Made by a program: the position numbers and the translations under genes. DNA of 64,000 nucleotides, taken from contig NC_042997.1 in the NCBI RefSeq assembly GCF_006345805.1, forward strand, positions 175,336,001-175,400,000, written 5' to 3'. Shown in pieces: positions 25,791 to 37,862 of this stretch (positions within the stretch are counted from its first letter, which is position 1; every line of letters begins with the position of its first letter). Source of the stretch: Octopus sinensis. Lineage: Eukaryota. The notes beneath the pieces are model-generated. The model searched no databases. It saw only the letters and a list, made by a program, of their open reading frames with translations, and was not told where the DNA came from.

Positions 25791-26667
25791 CCTTGATCAA
25801 GTGTCTTCTGCTACAGCCCCCAGCCAGCAAAGCCTTATGAATGAATTTGGTAGGTGGAAACCTTGGGAAATTCTGGCGGGGGAGCGCCAAGCAGTGATGT
25901 GTATAAATGCAATCTTATTACCAGTTCTTGTATGTTTGGGATATATTCAAACCTGTAAGAAAGCCATTCACTGTTTTGTTTGGGAGAACATTTCTTTCCA
26001 TAGACAAATGGTGTAAATACACCCATATCACCTAGATAGGTGGCACTCATATAGGTGTATTTACAAATTTGTCTACAGCATGAAATTTTCTCCTTGACAA
26101 AACACAGTGAATGGCTTATTTACAAGTCATTTTGAACTGATATTAACATTGTATTTGGGAAATTCTATTGTGCATGTATGTGTGTGTTGGTGTTTTAATA
26201 TGTACCGGTCTTTAAAAAAAGAAAGAACTGGGGGTTGATTTCTTTGACTAAAACCCTTCAAGGGATGACCCAACATGGCCACAGTTCAGTGACTTAAACA
26301 AATAAAAGGTATTGCACATCCTATATAAAGCTTCGTCTAATGGAAATAACAATAATTTCTACACTGATAATATTTCTTCCTCCAGCAGTACCATGCAGCA
26401 TTGATGCTTCTTAGGAATGTCTGGTTTCTTTCAACCTGCACGGAGAAAAATCATGTTTTTCTGTTTCTATGAATCTTTGTTGACTGTGATTGTGATTGAG
26501 TCAAACCAAAGGCAGTTTTATGCACCTTAAAATTGGAGCATCTGTTTTATTTTACTGTTGGTTGAGAATAGTGTGGAATTCTTCTTATGCTTGTTATCCC
26601 TTCACAAGTCATTGCTTTGTTCTTCTTAAGTAGAATACCAGCCACTAGGATATATATATATATATAT

Positions 26668-27012
26668 CTTGTTTCGGTCATTAGACTGCATCCGTGCTAG
26701 GGCACTGCCTTGAAGAATTTTTAGTCAAATGGATAGACTCCAGTACTTAATTCTATTGGTCTCTTTTACCAAACTGCTAAGTTACGGGGATGTAAACACA
26801 CCAACACAGGTTGTCAAGAGGTGGAGTGGGGATAGACACAGACAGAAAGACACACGTGCACACACACATACACACACATATATGATGGGCTTCTTTCAGT
26901 TTCTATCTACCAAATCCACTCACAAGGTTTTGATTAGCCTGAGGCTGTAGCAGAAGGCACTTGCCTAAGGTGCTACACATTGGGACTGAACTTGAAACCA
27001 TGTGATTGGGAA
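26668..27012 (-). mobile_element. SINE S1
   Basis: Reverse-complement copy. Confidence 0.75.
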
Positions 27013-27559
27013 GGCAGAATCATTTTAGTATATGACAAAATACCTTCAGTATTTGTTTTGTCTCCCTGTGCACTGAGTTCAAATCCTGCTGAGGTCAATT
27101 TTGCCTTTCATCTTTTTGGGGTCAATAAAATGAGTACCAGCTCAGAGTAGTTTAATATATCCACCTGTCTTTGAGATTCCCTTTGCAGTATTCCCTCTGT
27201 TACAATCATTCAGACCAGATTCCCAATTTAAAGATAACTTCTCTTCGGCTGTTTTAGAGGCCCTGGAAATAAAAGGCTCATGAGTACTGTCTTCCCTCTC
27301 TAAGTAGTGATATGTTAGTACCAAACTGTCTGGCCAAGCCTAAACCACAAAATCAAATCCAAGATTGTTAGAGTAGTGATCTGCTGCATATTAGGTTGAT
27401 AGGACCTTCAAGATTTGTGTTCTTTTGGCTATGGGTATAGCAGGCTGCTAGAGACAAGGAAGTCTCTACATAGACATTCAACCTGCTACAAATTGCAATC
27501 AAATCTCTCTCAAATCCCACCTTACTGTCTTTAAAATAAGGGAGGTTACATTGAATGAT

Positions 27560-27777
27560 TGTTGTTGTTGTTGTTGTTAAGCAACAAGACGGGTAAGGGT
27601 AATTAGCTGATGGTCTAGGGCTTAGGGGTGGGAGACCCCAGACCTTGGGGGGAAAACAAAAAAAACTTTGGTCGTCTTGTTGTAGTCGAGGGCTCTTCGT
27701 TGATGCCCAACACCACTGGGAGGTGGCCCTCAAAGTCGCTGGAAATGGAGATCTCAAGGTCCAAATTCTTGAACGGC
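27560..27777 (-). mobile_element. Young 218-bp non-LTR-type insertion with (AAC)n tail and 13-bp TSD
   Basis: TACATTGAATGAT at 27547-27559 and 27778-27790; (GTT)n at the left end; GC-richer than the flanks. Confidence 0.75.
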
Positions 27778-28809
27778 TACATTGAATGATGTAATTCTTA
27801 GTGCGACTATGTCAAAATAAATAAAAAGTACAGGATATTCATGGTTGGAACCTTGAATGCTTTTGATTATGTCTACTTGGTCAGAGCTAAACCTTGAGCA
27901 AATCAACAATAACAACTTTGCAATCGATTCCTGTGCAGGAGAAACAATAGTAAAATTCAATTAACTGCAGCACTTCTGACTTTCTCAGAAATTTGTCGTC
28001 ATTAAGTTTTTTTTTAGATTTTATTGTGTGAAACAGTTATAAAAAATTTCAACTTTCATTTTTTTTTTTTTTTTCTTATCAAGGGCAATTAGTAAAATAA
28101 GATGAAACACTATAGTTTTATTATTTAGAGTTTAATATGTGTAATTAAGCTGTCACATGTAAGGGAGAATACTCAGGTTAGAATATTTGTTTTTCACTAT
28201 TTTAAAAACAAACAAAAAAAAAAGAAAAGAAAGAATGTGTAGTGGCTAGCGATCCATATAACTTTACATTAGGATTGTTGAAAAATAAAAGTTATGAATA
28301 GCAACAAACATTTACTGATGAAAGGATTCAATACATGTAGTAAAGTCAAATACATGTATTGAGTTAACTAGAGCTTTATGGTTTGGTTTTTGGATCTTAT
28401 TATTCAACTATTTAACTGGACTGGTTGAATAAGTCACAATAAGCAAAACTTGAAGGCCCATCCAACTCAGTAAAGTATACAGTGTCAGTGTGTTGTGTCT
28501 GTATGCATACACACACGCGCGCGCACACAGGCATACACTCTACATTATTCTCATCACATACATGCATTTGGATGTACAAACAAGAGAAAGAGTAGTACAT
28601 GTCATTGAGTTTGTGTACTCATTCAAAACTCATTAATTATGCTGCTGTTACTCAGTTTCTTGCTAAATGCAATCCTTCATGCAACAAAAAGATTTAATGT
28701 ATGTGTATATAATTATGTGTATATATGTATGTACATGTGTGTGTGTGTGTTTATATATATATATATATACACACATATGTATATATATACATATGTGTGT
28801 GTATATATA

Positions 28810-28840
<31 letters not shown>

Positions 28841-28988
28841 CATATGTATAGGTGAGAAAGTTGGTATGTGAAAGCACGTGGTTGAATATATAGAAAATAG
28901 TAAAAAGTGAAAAAACTACAGAAGGCTTGTTTTAAAAGGTTAAAAAATATATGTATATATATACATATGTCTATATATATATATATAT

Positions 28989-29019
<31 letters not shown>

Positions 29020-29071
29020 CATATGTATATATATATATATATATGCATGTATATATATACATATATATATC

Positions 29072-29168
29072 CTTCTTTCCTTTCTTTCCTGAGCGTCCAA
29101 TAATACTATATTTGTTCCACGTCCTCGCGTTGTTGTGTTTTTTTTTTGTGCTTTCTTGTTTGGATTAA

Positions 29169-29170
<2 letters not shown>
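29072..29170 (+). mobile_element. Truncated PLE-type fragment in (TA)n
   Basis: Reverse complement of the 23740-23835 segment (CCTGAGCGTC...CCACGTCCT...TTGGATTAACT). Confidence 0.55.
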
Positions 29171-29215
<45 letters not shown>

Positions 29216-29299
29216 TACACATACACTCGCACAAATATTTATGTATTCGTATACAGGCCTTAATATATATATACCGAGTCCATAAGCTCTTAAGAAAAC

Positions 29300-29520
29300 A
29301 TTTCTGTTAATGGACCAATCCTGTCTTAAACTGTAGCTGTTAACTACCGGAAGTGCTAGTATTGTACAGTTCTGAACTGACCGATTCACTGTAGACTAAA
29401 GCAGTTTACCAATATAGAGTCAATGGGTTATTCTCCTGGGTAGAGTTGATGGTCTGAGGTGGTGTTAGAGTGTGGGGGGGGGACATTCGATAAATCTATA
29501 TTACGCGAACGGATTTTTTA
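29300..29520 (+). promoter_or_regulatory. Candidate promoter (CCAAT + ETS motif, local CpG enrichment)
   Basis: Non-repetitive stretch with GACCAATC (~29311), ACCGGAAGTG (~29346, an ETS-type site) and several CpGs in otherwise CpG-poor DNA, about 7.7 kb upstream of the EVI5 exon. Confidence 0.3.
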
Positions 29521-30456
29521 CCATAATGACTTTCAATTTCCTCTTCATTGAACATTGATTTTTCACAATTACCATACCCAGCTCAGCTTCCCCATCACAG
29601 TCACTATCATCATCAGCATCTTTGTCTTTTCCAGCTGCACCAGTACCACTACCACCACCACCACTGTAATGACTATCAATGTTTCTATTTACTCAGCTTT
29701 CTACCGAACCGCTCTCTCTCTGCTGAAACACTTTATTGATTTCATTCCAGAAGTACTGTTCTTCACTTCAGCTTCAAACTTCTGATCAACTCTCACTGCA
29801 CTCATCTACCATCTTTAAACATCACACGTGTGCATGCATACACAGCAGATACTCACACGCATGCATGTACTCACTCATGCACACACACTCTCGCTCTCAC
29901 ACACACACACACACACCATTTTCTCCCTCTCTAACTTACTCCATCCTACTACATTTCCATTCTTCTCTGCTTTCTGTCATATGTTATACCTGCCTCTATG
30001 ATTATATTTAACAAACACACATAACAATACATATATATAAAGTCTGAAGGGAAATTAATGAGAATCAGTTGGGAAGTGAACCAAGATGTTCTGATTCACG
30101 TCCAAGTGCATTTGCTTTACTCTATCAGCCATTCATTGATTTCCAGGTTATGCAAATTAAACCTATATAGTAAATGGATATTATGGAAGTTTTGATGATT
30201 ACTATTCCAGTTGTTTGATCTTCAGAACTACCTCCTTATTCATAAATTGATAGAAGTACTATACAAATATTCACATCTTTGATATGATCTTCAGGTACAG
30301 CACGTTATGGGTTTCTCTACATTTTTTCATCTACACAGTTTTACTCACCCACAAAGTTTGGGGCAACTCAAGAATATGATAGGAGACTCTTATCCACCAA
30401 ATCATTTACTGTATTCAATTTCAAAGTGAACATGGCTATTCAATTAAAACACATAG

Positions 30457-31330
30457 ACATCATCATCATCATCATCATCGTTTAACGTCTGCTTCCCATG
30501 CTAGCATGGGTTGGACGATTTGACTGAGGACTGGTGAACCAGATGGCTGCACCAGGCTCCAATCTTGATCTGGTAGAGTTTCTACAGCTGGATACTCTTC
30601 CTAACGCCAACCACTCCGAGAGTGTAGTGGGTGCTTTTTGGTGCCACCGGCATGAGGGCCAGTCAGTCGGTACTGGCAACAGCCATGCCCAAATGGTGTT
30701 TTTTTTTTTTACAAGCCACCTGCACACTGGCACAAGTGCCAGTAAGGCAACGCTGGTAACGATCATGCTCGGACGGTGCTTTTTACGTGGCACAGGCTTG
30801 GATGCCAGTTAGCCACTCTGGCAATGATCATGCTCAGATGGTGCTCTTAGTGCTCCACTAGCATGGATGCCAGTCATCGAATTTGATTTCGATTTCACTT
30901 GCCTCAACAGGTCTTCGCAAGTAGTGTCTACACATCATCATCATCATCGTTTAACGTCCGCTTTCCATGCTAGCATGGGTTGGATGATTTGACTGAGGAC
31001 TAGCAAACCAGATGGCTACACCAGGCTCCAATCTTGATCTGGCAGAGTTTCTACAGCTGGATGCCCTTTCTAGTGCCAACCACTCCGAGAGTGTAGTGGG
31101 TGTTTTTTCGTGCCACCGGCACAAGGGCCAGTCAGGTGATACTGGCAACAGCCACACCCAAATAGTGTTTTTTTTTACATGCCACCTGCACGCCAGCACA
31201 AGTGCCAGTAAGGCAATGCTGGTAATGATCATGATGGGACGGTGCTTTTTACGTGCCAACGGCACAGATGCTAGTCATCAAATTTGATTTCACTTCCCTC
31301 AACAGGTCTTCGCAAGCAGTGTCTACACAT
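30457..31330 (-). mobile_element. Head-to-tail pair of RTE 3'UTR-derived repeats
   Basis: Units 30457-30934 and 30935-31330 each start with (CAT)nCGTTTAACGTC and end in GGTCTTCGCAAGYAGTGTCTACACAT. Confidence 0.8.
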
Positions 31331-32245
31331 ATTTGTACATTTGTGCACATATTCAGTCAAGCATAAATACTAGAATCTTCAGTCAAGTAATTATTCATTA
31401 TCATTTCCTCTTTATTTTTTACTTGTTTCAGCTATTAGACTGCAGTCATTCCTGGGTACTACCTTGAAGTGTTTACACTAGCAAATCAACCCTAGTAATT
31501 ATTTTAATTTTTAAGTCAGGTACTTGTTCTATTGGTCTCCTTTGCTTGACGGGTAAATTATGAAGACATAAGCAATCCAACACCATTCGTCAAGTGAAGG
31601 TTGGGGGGACAAACACCCTGCCTCCCACACATATACAATTGGCTTCCACACAATTTCCATCTACCAGATTCACTTGCAGGTCATTGATTGGCCCAGAGCT
31701 ATAATATGACATTTGTCCAAGGTACTGCATACTGGGACTGAACCTGGAACTATATCATAGCCAGGCAAGTTTCCTAACCACACAGCAATGCCAGTGCTTG
31801 TTTATTCATTTGTTAGGGTTTTTTTTTTTACAATTTATTTCATTTTTGATCTTGTCTAGAAATATAACAAAATTCTATGACTGTAATATGATTATACATT
31901 ATCACTATAATTATTACTACATTATTACTATAATTATACATTATTACTGCTTTGCCCAATATTGCAGATATTCTATAACTATTTGATCTAATATCTAAAC
32001 CATTCCATGGCTATATGTTCCTATAATACAAATACTCTGTAACCATTTTATCCTTGATCTCAGCCCTTCTATTAATTTGTTATCTAATATCTCATCCAGT
32101 ACTCATCTAATTTATCCAATATTAAATAATGATGCGGTTTATATTAGATTTCACTATATCATATACATTGTTATTATATACAATTTTCAGTTTTTTGGGG
32201 TTTTTTTTCTATTTACTACAGCCATTATTGGGGCAATGTGCTTAA

Positions 32246-32465
32246 CCCTTTAGTGTTTAAATCGGCCATATCTGACCTAAATATTCAACCTATTTTATGT
32301 TCAAACTAGTCAGATATGGTCATTCATAGCTACCTTATTGTGTCATTTTAAAAATAAACAATCACATCATTGAAATCTCAAAGCCATGAAATGATGCAAG
32401 ATTAATTTTACAGGGTGTGAATACATAAGCTTTACATTTGACAGAATAATCTGAATGCTAAAAGG
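32246..32465 (+). mobile_element. piggyBac-type MITE family B (220 bp)
   Basis: TTAA-CCCTTTAGTGTTTAAA...TGAATGCTAAAAGG-TTAA. Confidence 0.75.
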
Positions 32466-32877
32466 TTAAGGATTTTATATAAATTATATTGTTAGCTATT
32501 TTAGAGTTTAATGTTAAAAGAACATAATTTGGAATTACTAAACACAGCAATATATATATATATATATATATTTTTTTTTCAATGCACCCGTTACCAGCTT
32601 TCTCTTGCTCATACAAACACACACATACACAATGGGTTTCCATACATTTTCCACCAAGCAAATATTTCAGTCACAAGTCATTGGTCAATTCCAGCCTATG
32701 GTAGAAGACATCTACGCAAGGTGCTGCACAGTAGGGTCAAACGTGAAACCACATGGCTGTGAAGCAAACTTTTTAAACACACAGCCATACTCTGCTTGTA
32801 TTAGTTTTATATGTGTATACATATATATATATATCTATATATATGTATATATATATATACACACACATACACACACA

Positions 32878-32919
<42 letters not shown>

Positions 32920-33174
32920 ACACGGACTATTTTATTAGTACTGTCTAATGAACAGTTAAATGAAACTCTGAGTAACAGTTTGTGAATTTGTTTCAGCTTT
33001 TAATAAAGTAGTATTGTGTTCTACTTTTGGTAATCAAATAGTATTTTCCATTTTGTTTAGCACCTATGTGCTTGCTTTGTGTGTGCTCAGCCAGTTACAC
33101 ATTAATTTTATGAGCAGGCTGTTCCACTGATTGGATCAGCTAGAACCCTCATCATTGTAACTGATGGCATACCA

Positions 33175-33562
33175 AGGCACAGAAGTGGCTGTGTGGTAAG
33201 TAGCTTGCTTACCAACCACATGGTTCCGGGTTCAGTCCCACTGCATGGCACCTTGGGCAAGTGTCTTCTACTATAGCCTCGGGACGACCAAAGCCTTGTG
33301 AGTGGATTTAGTAGACGGAAACTGAAAGAATCCCGTCGTATATATGTATATATATATGTGTGTGTGTCTGTGTTTGTCCCCCCCACCAACATCGCTTGAC
33401 AACCAATGCTGGTGAGTTTACATCCCCATAACTTAGTTCAATAAAAGAGATCGATAGAATAAGTACTAGGCTTACAAAGAATAAGTCCTGGGGTCTATTT
33501 GCTTGACTAAAGCCAGTGCTCCAGCATGGACACTGTCAAATGACTGAAACAAGTAAAAGAGT
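33175..33562 (+). mobile_element. SINE S1, full length
   Basis: Same structure as 37464-37862. Confidence 0.85.
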
Positions 33563-34003
33563 ATATATATATATGAACTCATATAACTGCTATTCTTAAT
33601 ATATCATATACCATTTGGGTTTTTTTTTTTTTCATCAATTCTCAAGTCGTTTTGTCCTATATTGCAAAGATATTTATTCTGTGAACACTAAGCTGGAAAC
33701 AATTTCTTAACATTTTTGCTCAGTACCCATAAATATCTTGGGACTGTTTTGTCTTTTATAGCAAAGCACTAATTGCACGAGTAAAGATCAAGAAAAAAAA
33801 TGAACGAAATAGATATCTCAGGATGAAAGGTTATATCATTGCTACTATTAATTAGATCTTTTAAGAAATAGCCTCAGAAACCTCAGTGTTCTAATTAAAG
33901 ATATCGAACTAAAAAGAGACTGATTCTGCTCTTTGAAAGATATCAAAATGTTATCTCCTCATTAATTCAAGCTTCCCTGACTTTCTTTTCATTTCTGTTT
34001 CTA

Positions 34004-34008
<5 letters not shown>

Positions 34009-34092
<84 letters not shown>
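34009..34092. repeat. (CT)n microsatellite
   Basis: Pure dinucleotide run. The window also has many (TA)n, (CA)n, (AAT)n and (CAT)n tracts, e.g. 5770-5840, 7580-7700, 8640-8673, 21420-21478, 28750-29060 and 57295-57342. Confidence 0.95.
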
Positions 34093-34097
<5 letters not shown>

Positions 34098-36112
34098 CTT
34101 GTGTGTGTGTGTGTAGACATATATAACTTTCTATATCATTATTTTTACCTCTCCACAACCTCACTGAAATTATATAGGGAGTTCATTTGTGAAGATAGTC
34201 ACCTGTTTCTTTACATTAATAAGGCAACAATAGTATCATAAAACAAGGAAGCAAGTCTTATTTCTGTTTTGGTTGATTGTAATTGTACAGTAAAAGGTTT
34301 AGTGCTCTATCATCCAGCAAATTGCTATATCACAGAAATAAAAGTAGGGTATTCTAAACAGTAAATTGCAAGTATTTATATTCATGAAGGAAGGCTTTTT
34401 TGAAATGATTGATTTGCCATATTATATTCCTAACCTGAAGAGGAAATTCTTTAAAGCAGATGATTGTTTTTTTCTATTTTCGAAGTTTTATATTGAATAA
34501 ATAAATATCATAAATAAATATCTTTTTTTTTTTGCATTTTTCTTGCATTTTTTTTCTTTATCTGATTGAATGGTTTGGGCCAAATATGGATATATGCCAC
34601 TTGATGAAATATTTGCATACTGTTAACTAAACCACTCAATAATGAAATGAAAGATCAACACCAATTTGGGTTTTATGTTTTTTTGCCCTAAAGATCAATA
34701 CCAATTTGGGTTTTACTTTTTTTGCCCTATACTCCCTGTCCCCTTCAGTAAACTGTCATGAAATTGTTGTTTTTGTTTTGCTCATATAACCCCTATCTGA
34801 AATTAACTCTGATTGAGCAGACTTATGATCAAAGGTGTTCTGACCCTGACAGCCTCATTTCCCTCTTTTTTTTTTCTTCTGTCTTGCAACCATAGTACAT
34901 GTAGAACTACATTATACAATGCGTCCTTCCTTTAAGTTGGTAGTATGTGCCTTGAAGAAAGTTTAGCTGCTATTTCTTGCAAGTCAAACGACCACATGGT
35001 TTGAAATATTTGGTATAGTTGGTGATTTTGTTTAGTCCCAAGTAAGCCCTGACCTAGCAAACCTGTGATAAAATATCTACTGACGTGATCATACTGTTCT
35101 GCAATTTTATATATATTGAAGCTTGGACTACATTATTCAATTTCTTTTATTTTAAAGACAGTTGGGTTAGATCTGAAGGGTATTTTGCTTCTATTTTTAA
35201 CAGGCTCAATGACTGCATAAAGGCTCTCTCTCAAGTTATGTGCTTTGGCTATTGTGTAAGGGAAGGATGTGAACTCCAGACCATAGAGTCAGTAGTTTTC
35301 CATCTTTTTAACCTTAACCTCAGATACTCTGCTGAGTCGTGGTACATCCTCATCATCCTTTAATATCTGTATTCGATACTGGCATGGGTTGGACAGTTCA
35401 ATAGGATCCAACTAGCATGAGGACTGTGTTTCTCTCCATTATCTGCTTTAGCAAGCTTTCTACAGTTGGGTGGCATTAATGCTAACCACTTTACAGAGTA
35501 TTCTGAGCGCTATTATTTTTTTTTTTTTTGTGGCAGCAGCATCAAGTATGATGCAAGACAAGACCCCTTCCTAGAGTGGGGTAGCAGTATTGAGGGCAGC
35601 GGCTTTGTGACAGATGTAGAGAGGATAAAGTAGGAAAGAGACAAGACCAAGAGATACAACGGTACCTGCAGTGTACTAATTCACAGGAGCTGAAACCAGT
35701 GTAGTAGCAATAATCTAAACAAGGATAGTATCTTGTCATTAATGAGTGAAGGAAGATAAGTCACACAACTGGGATTTTTCTTTTCTTTTCTTTTTTTTTT
35801 TTTTACAGCCTAGAAAGTTTCTGTAATTTAATCAATGCAACATTAAACCTTGAAAATCTGGGTATGGATTAGATTTCATTAATAACATTGAATGTCGATT
35901 GGTTCAAGTATTTAGCAAAGTGCACACACACACACACACATTTATGAAGGAACTGTTTAATTATTGTTGTCTGGTCAATCCTATGATCAAAGCTGTTGCA
36001 ATTATAGCCATTCCTTATTTTGTCTATATTTATATATATAACTACATTGTCCATTACATCCTCTCATCCTCAACATGGCAGAGTATGATATAGAGATTTG
36101 GCTGCTATTTCT

Positions 36113-36346
36113 TATTTCTTTATTGCCCACAAGGGGCTAAACATAGAGGGGACAAACAAGGACAGACAAATGGATTAAGTCGATTACATCGACCCTAGTG
36201 TGTAACTGGTACTTAATTTATCGACCCTGAAAGGATGAAAGGCAAATTCAACCTCGGCAGAATTAGAACTCAGAACGTAAAGACAGGTGAAATACATGCT
36301 AAGCATTTCGCCTGGCGTGCTAACATTTCTGCCAGCTCGCCGTCTT
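36113..36346 (-). mobile_element. SINE S2 with 19-bp TSD
   Basis: AGATTTGGCTGCTATTTCT at 36094-36112 and 36347-36365. Confidence 0.9.
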
Positions 36347-37151
36347 AGATTTGGCTGCTATTTCTACCCAAGTGAATGATCACATAGAGGCTCCTTCATT
36401 TGGCTCAAGTAACTGTACCTTTTGAATTTCTGGTTGATTGTTCATATCCTTCTGCATTGACACTATCATTGTCTGTAAAAAAAAGGACCTCACGAAAAAC
36501 AAAGCTTCTAGTAAATGTAAATATATCATAAGTTCTAAAACTGCTGATATCTGGTTTCATAGTATTAAATAGATGAGGTATTAATCTCTGCCTGTAGCAG
36601 ACATTTCCAGAAGTTGTTTTGGTGGCTGTTTTGCCACCTGTAGATTTAAACTCCTTTTCATAAATACCAGGAAATAATTTAGGGCATTGCTCAATACTTT
36701 ATAAACTAACTTTCACTTCTACACAACTTACAGTACAGGACCTAAACCTTTCCATAAACTAGAGTGGATTCTGTTTGCAGCCTTATTATTAAAGTTATGT
36801 CAAAAGCCCCAATGATTTCTCATTAAATTATAGACCAGCAGTGTGTGTGTGTAAGCATACATGCAAATGTGCACACATGCACACACACACACAATTACTT
36901 GGTTTACACACCTGAAAATCATGATGTGTCACCACTTGAGTGGTTGAATGGTTATTAGGAAGAACAGCTAATTGTAATACCCAAGCAATTGATATATGCA
37001 TCTGAATTTACATATCTGCTCCACTCATGCTTGATATCTATTTCATTCACACTCACATGCCAAAATAAAATTGACTGTATTCATAGAAGATTTTAAATAT
37101 TTCTTCCTTGTTTTCTAATTTCCTTTCTGCTTTTTCTTTGTTATTTTCCAG

Positions 37152-37314
37152 TCTTCAATCCCATCGGAAATAATGTGGGGCAACCACTAGAGGTGTTTCA
37201 ACCAATGGCAAGTGACTCTAAAGACTGTTCTTCCCCGCTGACTAAACCAACTGTGCCAAATCCTGTCAAACCTGAAGACCTAGAGTTGCTTGCCAAATTA
37301 GAGGAAGCTAACAG
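37152..37314 (+). CDS. EVI5: Coding exon of an EVI5/EVI5-like TBC-domain Rab-GAP gene (N-terminal exon; ATG at 37205, frame also open back to the acceptor)
   Basis: Strong polypyrimidine tract and AG at 37150-37151; donor GTAAAT at 37315. ATG 37205 gives MASDSKDCSSPLTKPTVPNPVKPEDLELLAKLEEAN(R). This matches the recalled vertebrate EVI5 motif PDDLELLAKLEEQNR and EVI5L ELLAKLEEQNR. The exon ends in phase 2 within the Arg codon. It is too short for the ORF track. Confidence 0.9.
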
Positions 37315-37463
37315 GTAAATTGCAAACATTTTAATCGCTCTTCTTGTCCCCATCAGATTGCTGGGTTCGCAAAATTGGTTGATGGAAGACAAAATATTTT
37401 TGCAGTAAATATCAATGTTTCTTCTAGTTTTTAATAGTCAGTGTGCTCAAAAGAAAATCTTAT

Positions 37464-37862
37464 AGGTGCAGGAGTGGCTGTGTGGTAAGTAGCTTGCTTA
37501 CCAACCACATGGTTCTGAGTTCAATTCCACTGCGTGGCACCTTGGGCAAGTGTCTTCTACTATAGCCTCAGGCTGACCAAAGCCTTGTGAGTGGAATTGG
37601 TAGACGGAAACTGAAAGAAGCCCATCGTATATATGTATATATATATGTATGTGTATATGTTTGTCTGTGTTTGTCCCCCCAGCATCGCTTGACAAATGAT
37701 GCGTGTGTTTTTTTACATACCCGTAATTTAGCGGTTTGGCAAAAGAGACCGATAGAATAAGTACTAGGCTTACAAAGAATAAGTCCTGGTGTCGATTTGC
37801 TTGACTAAAGGTGGTGCTCCAGCATGGCCACAGTCAAAATGACTGAAACAAGTAAAAGAGTA
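37464..37862 (+). mobile_element. tRNA-headed SINE family S1 (CORE-like body, internal microsatellite; possibly an octopus OR-type SINE)
   Basis: A box TGGCTGTGTGG, B-box-like GAGTTCAATTCC, CCTTGGGCAAGTG body, (TA)(TG) core and GAAACAAGTAAAAGAG end. The family name is from memory and unverified. Confidence 0.85.

Noticed and set aside
28328-28362. 12-bp perfect inverted repeat TCAATACATGTA/TACATGTATTGA
   Set aside because: Short, AT-rich and partly self-palindromic; plausible by chance in 64 kb of this composition.
29548-29785. Hydrophobic ORF (+) and acidic GGGGSG...DDDSD frame (-)
   Set aside because: Produced by (CAC)/(CAT) low complexity; the minus frame has an upstream stop and no acceptor.
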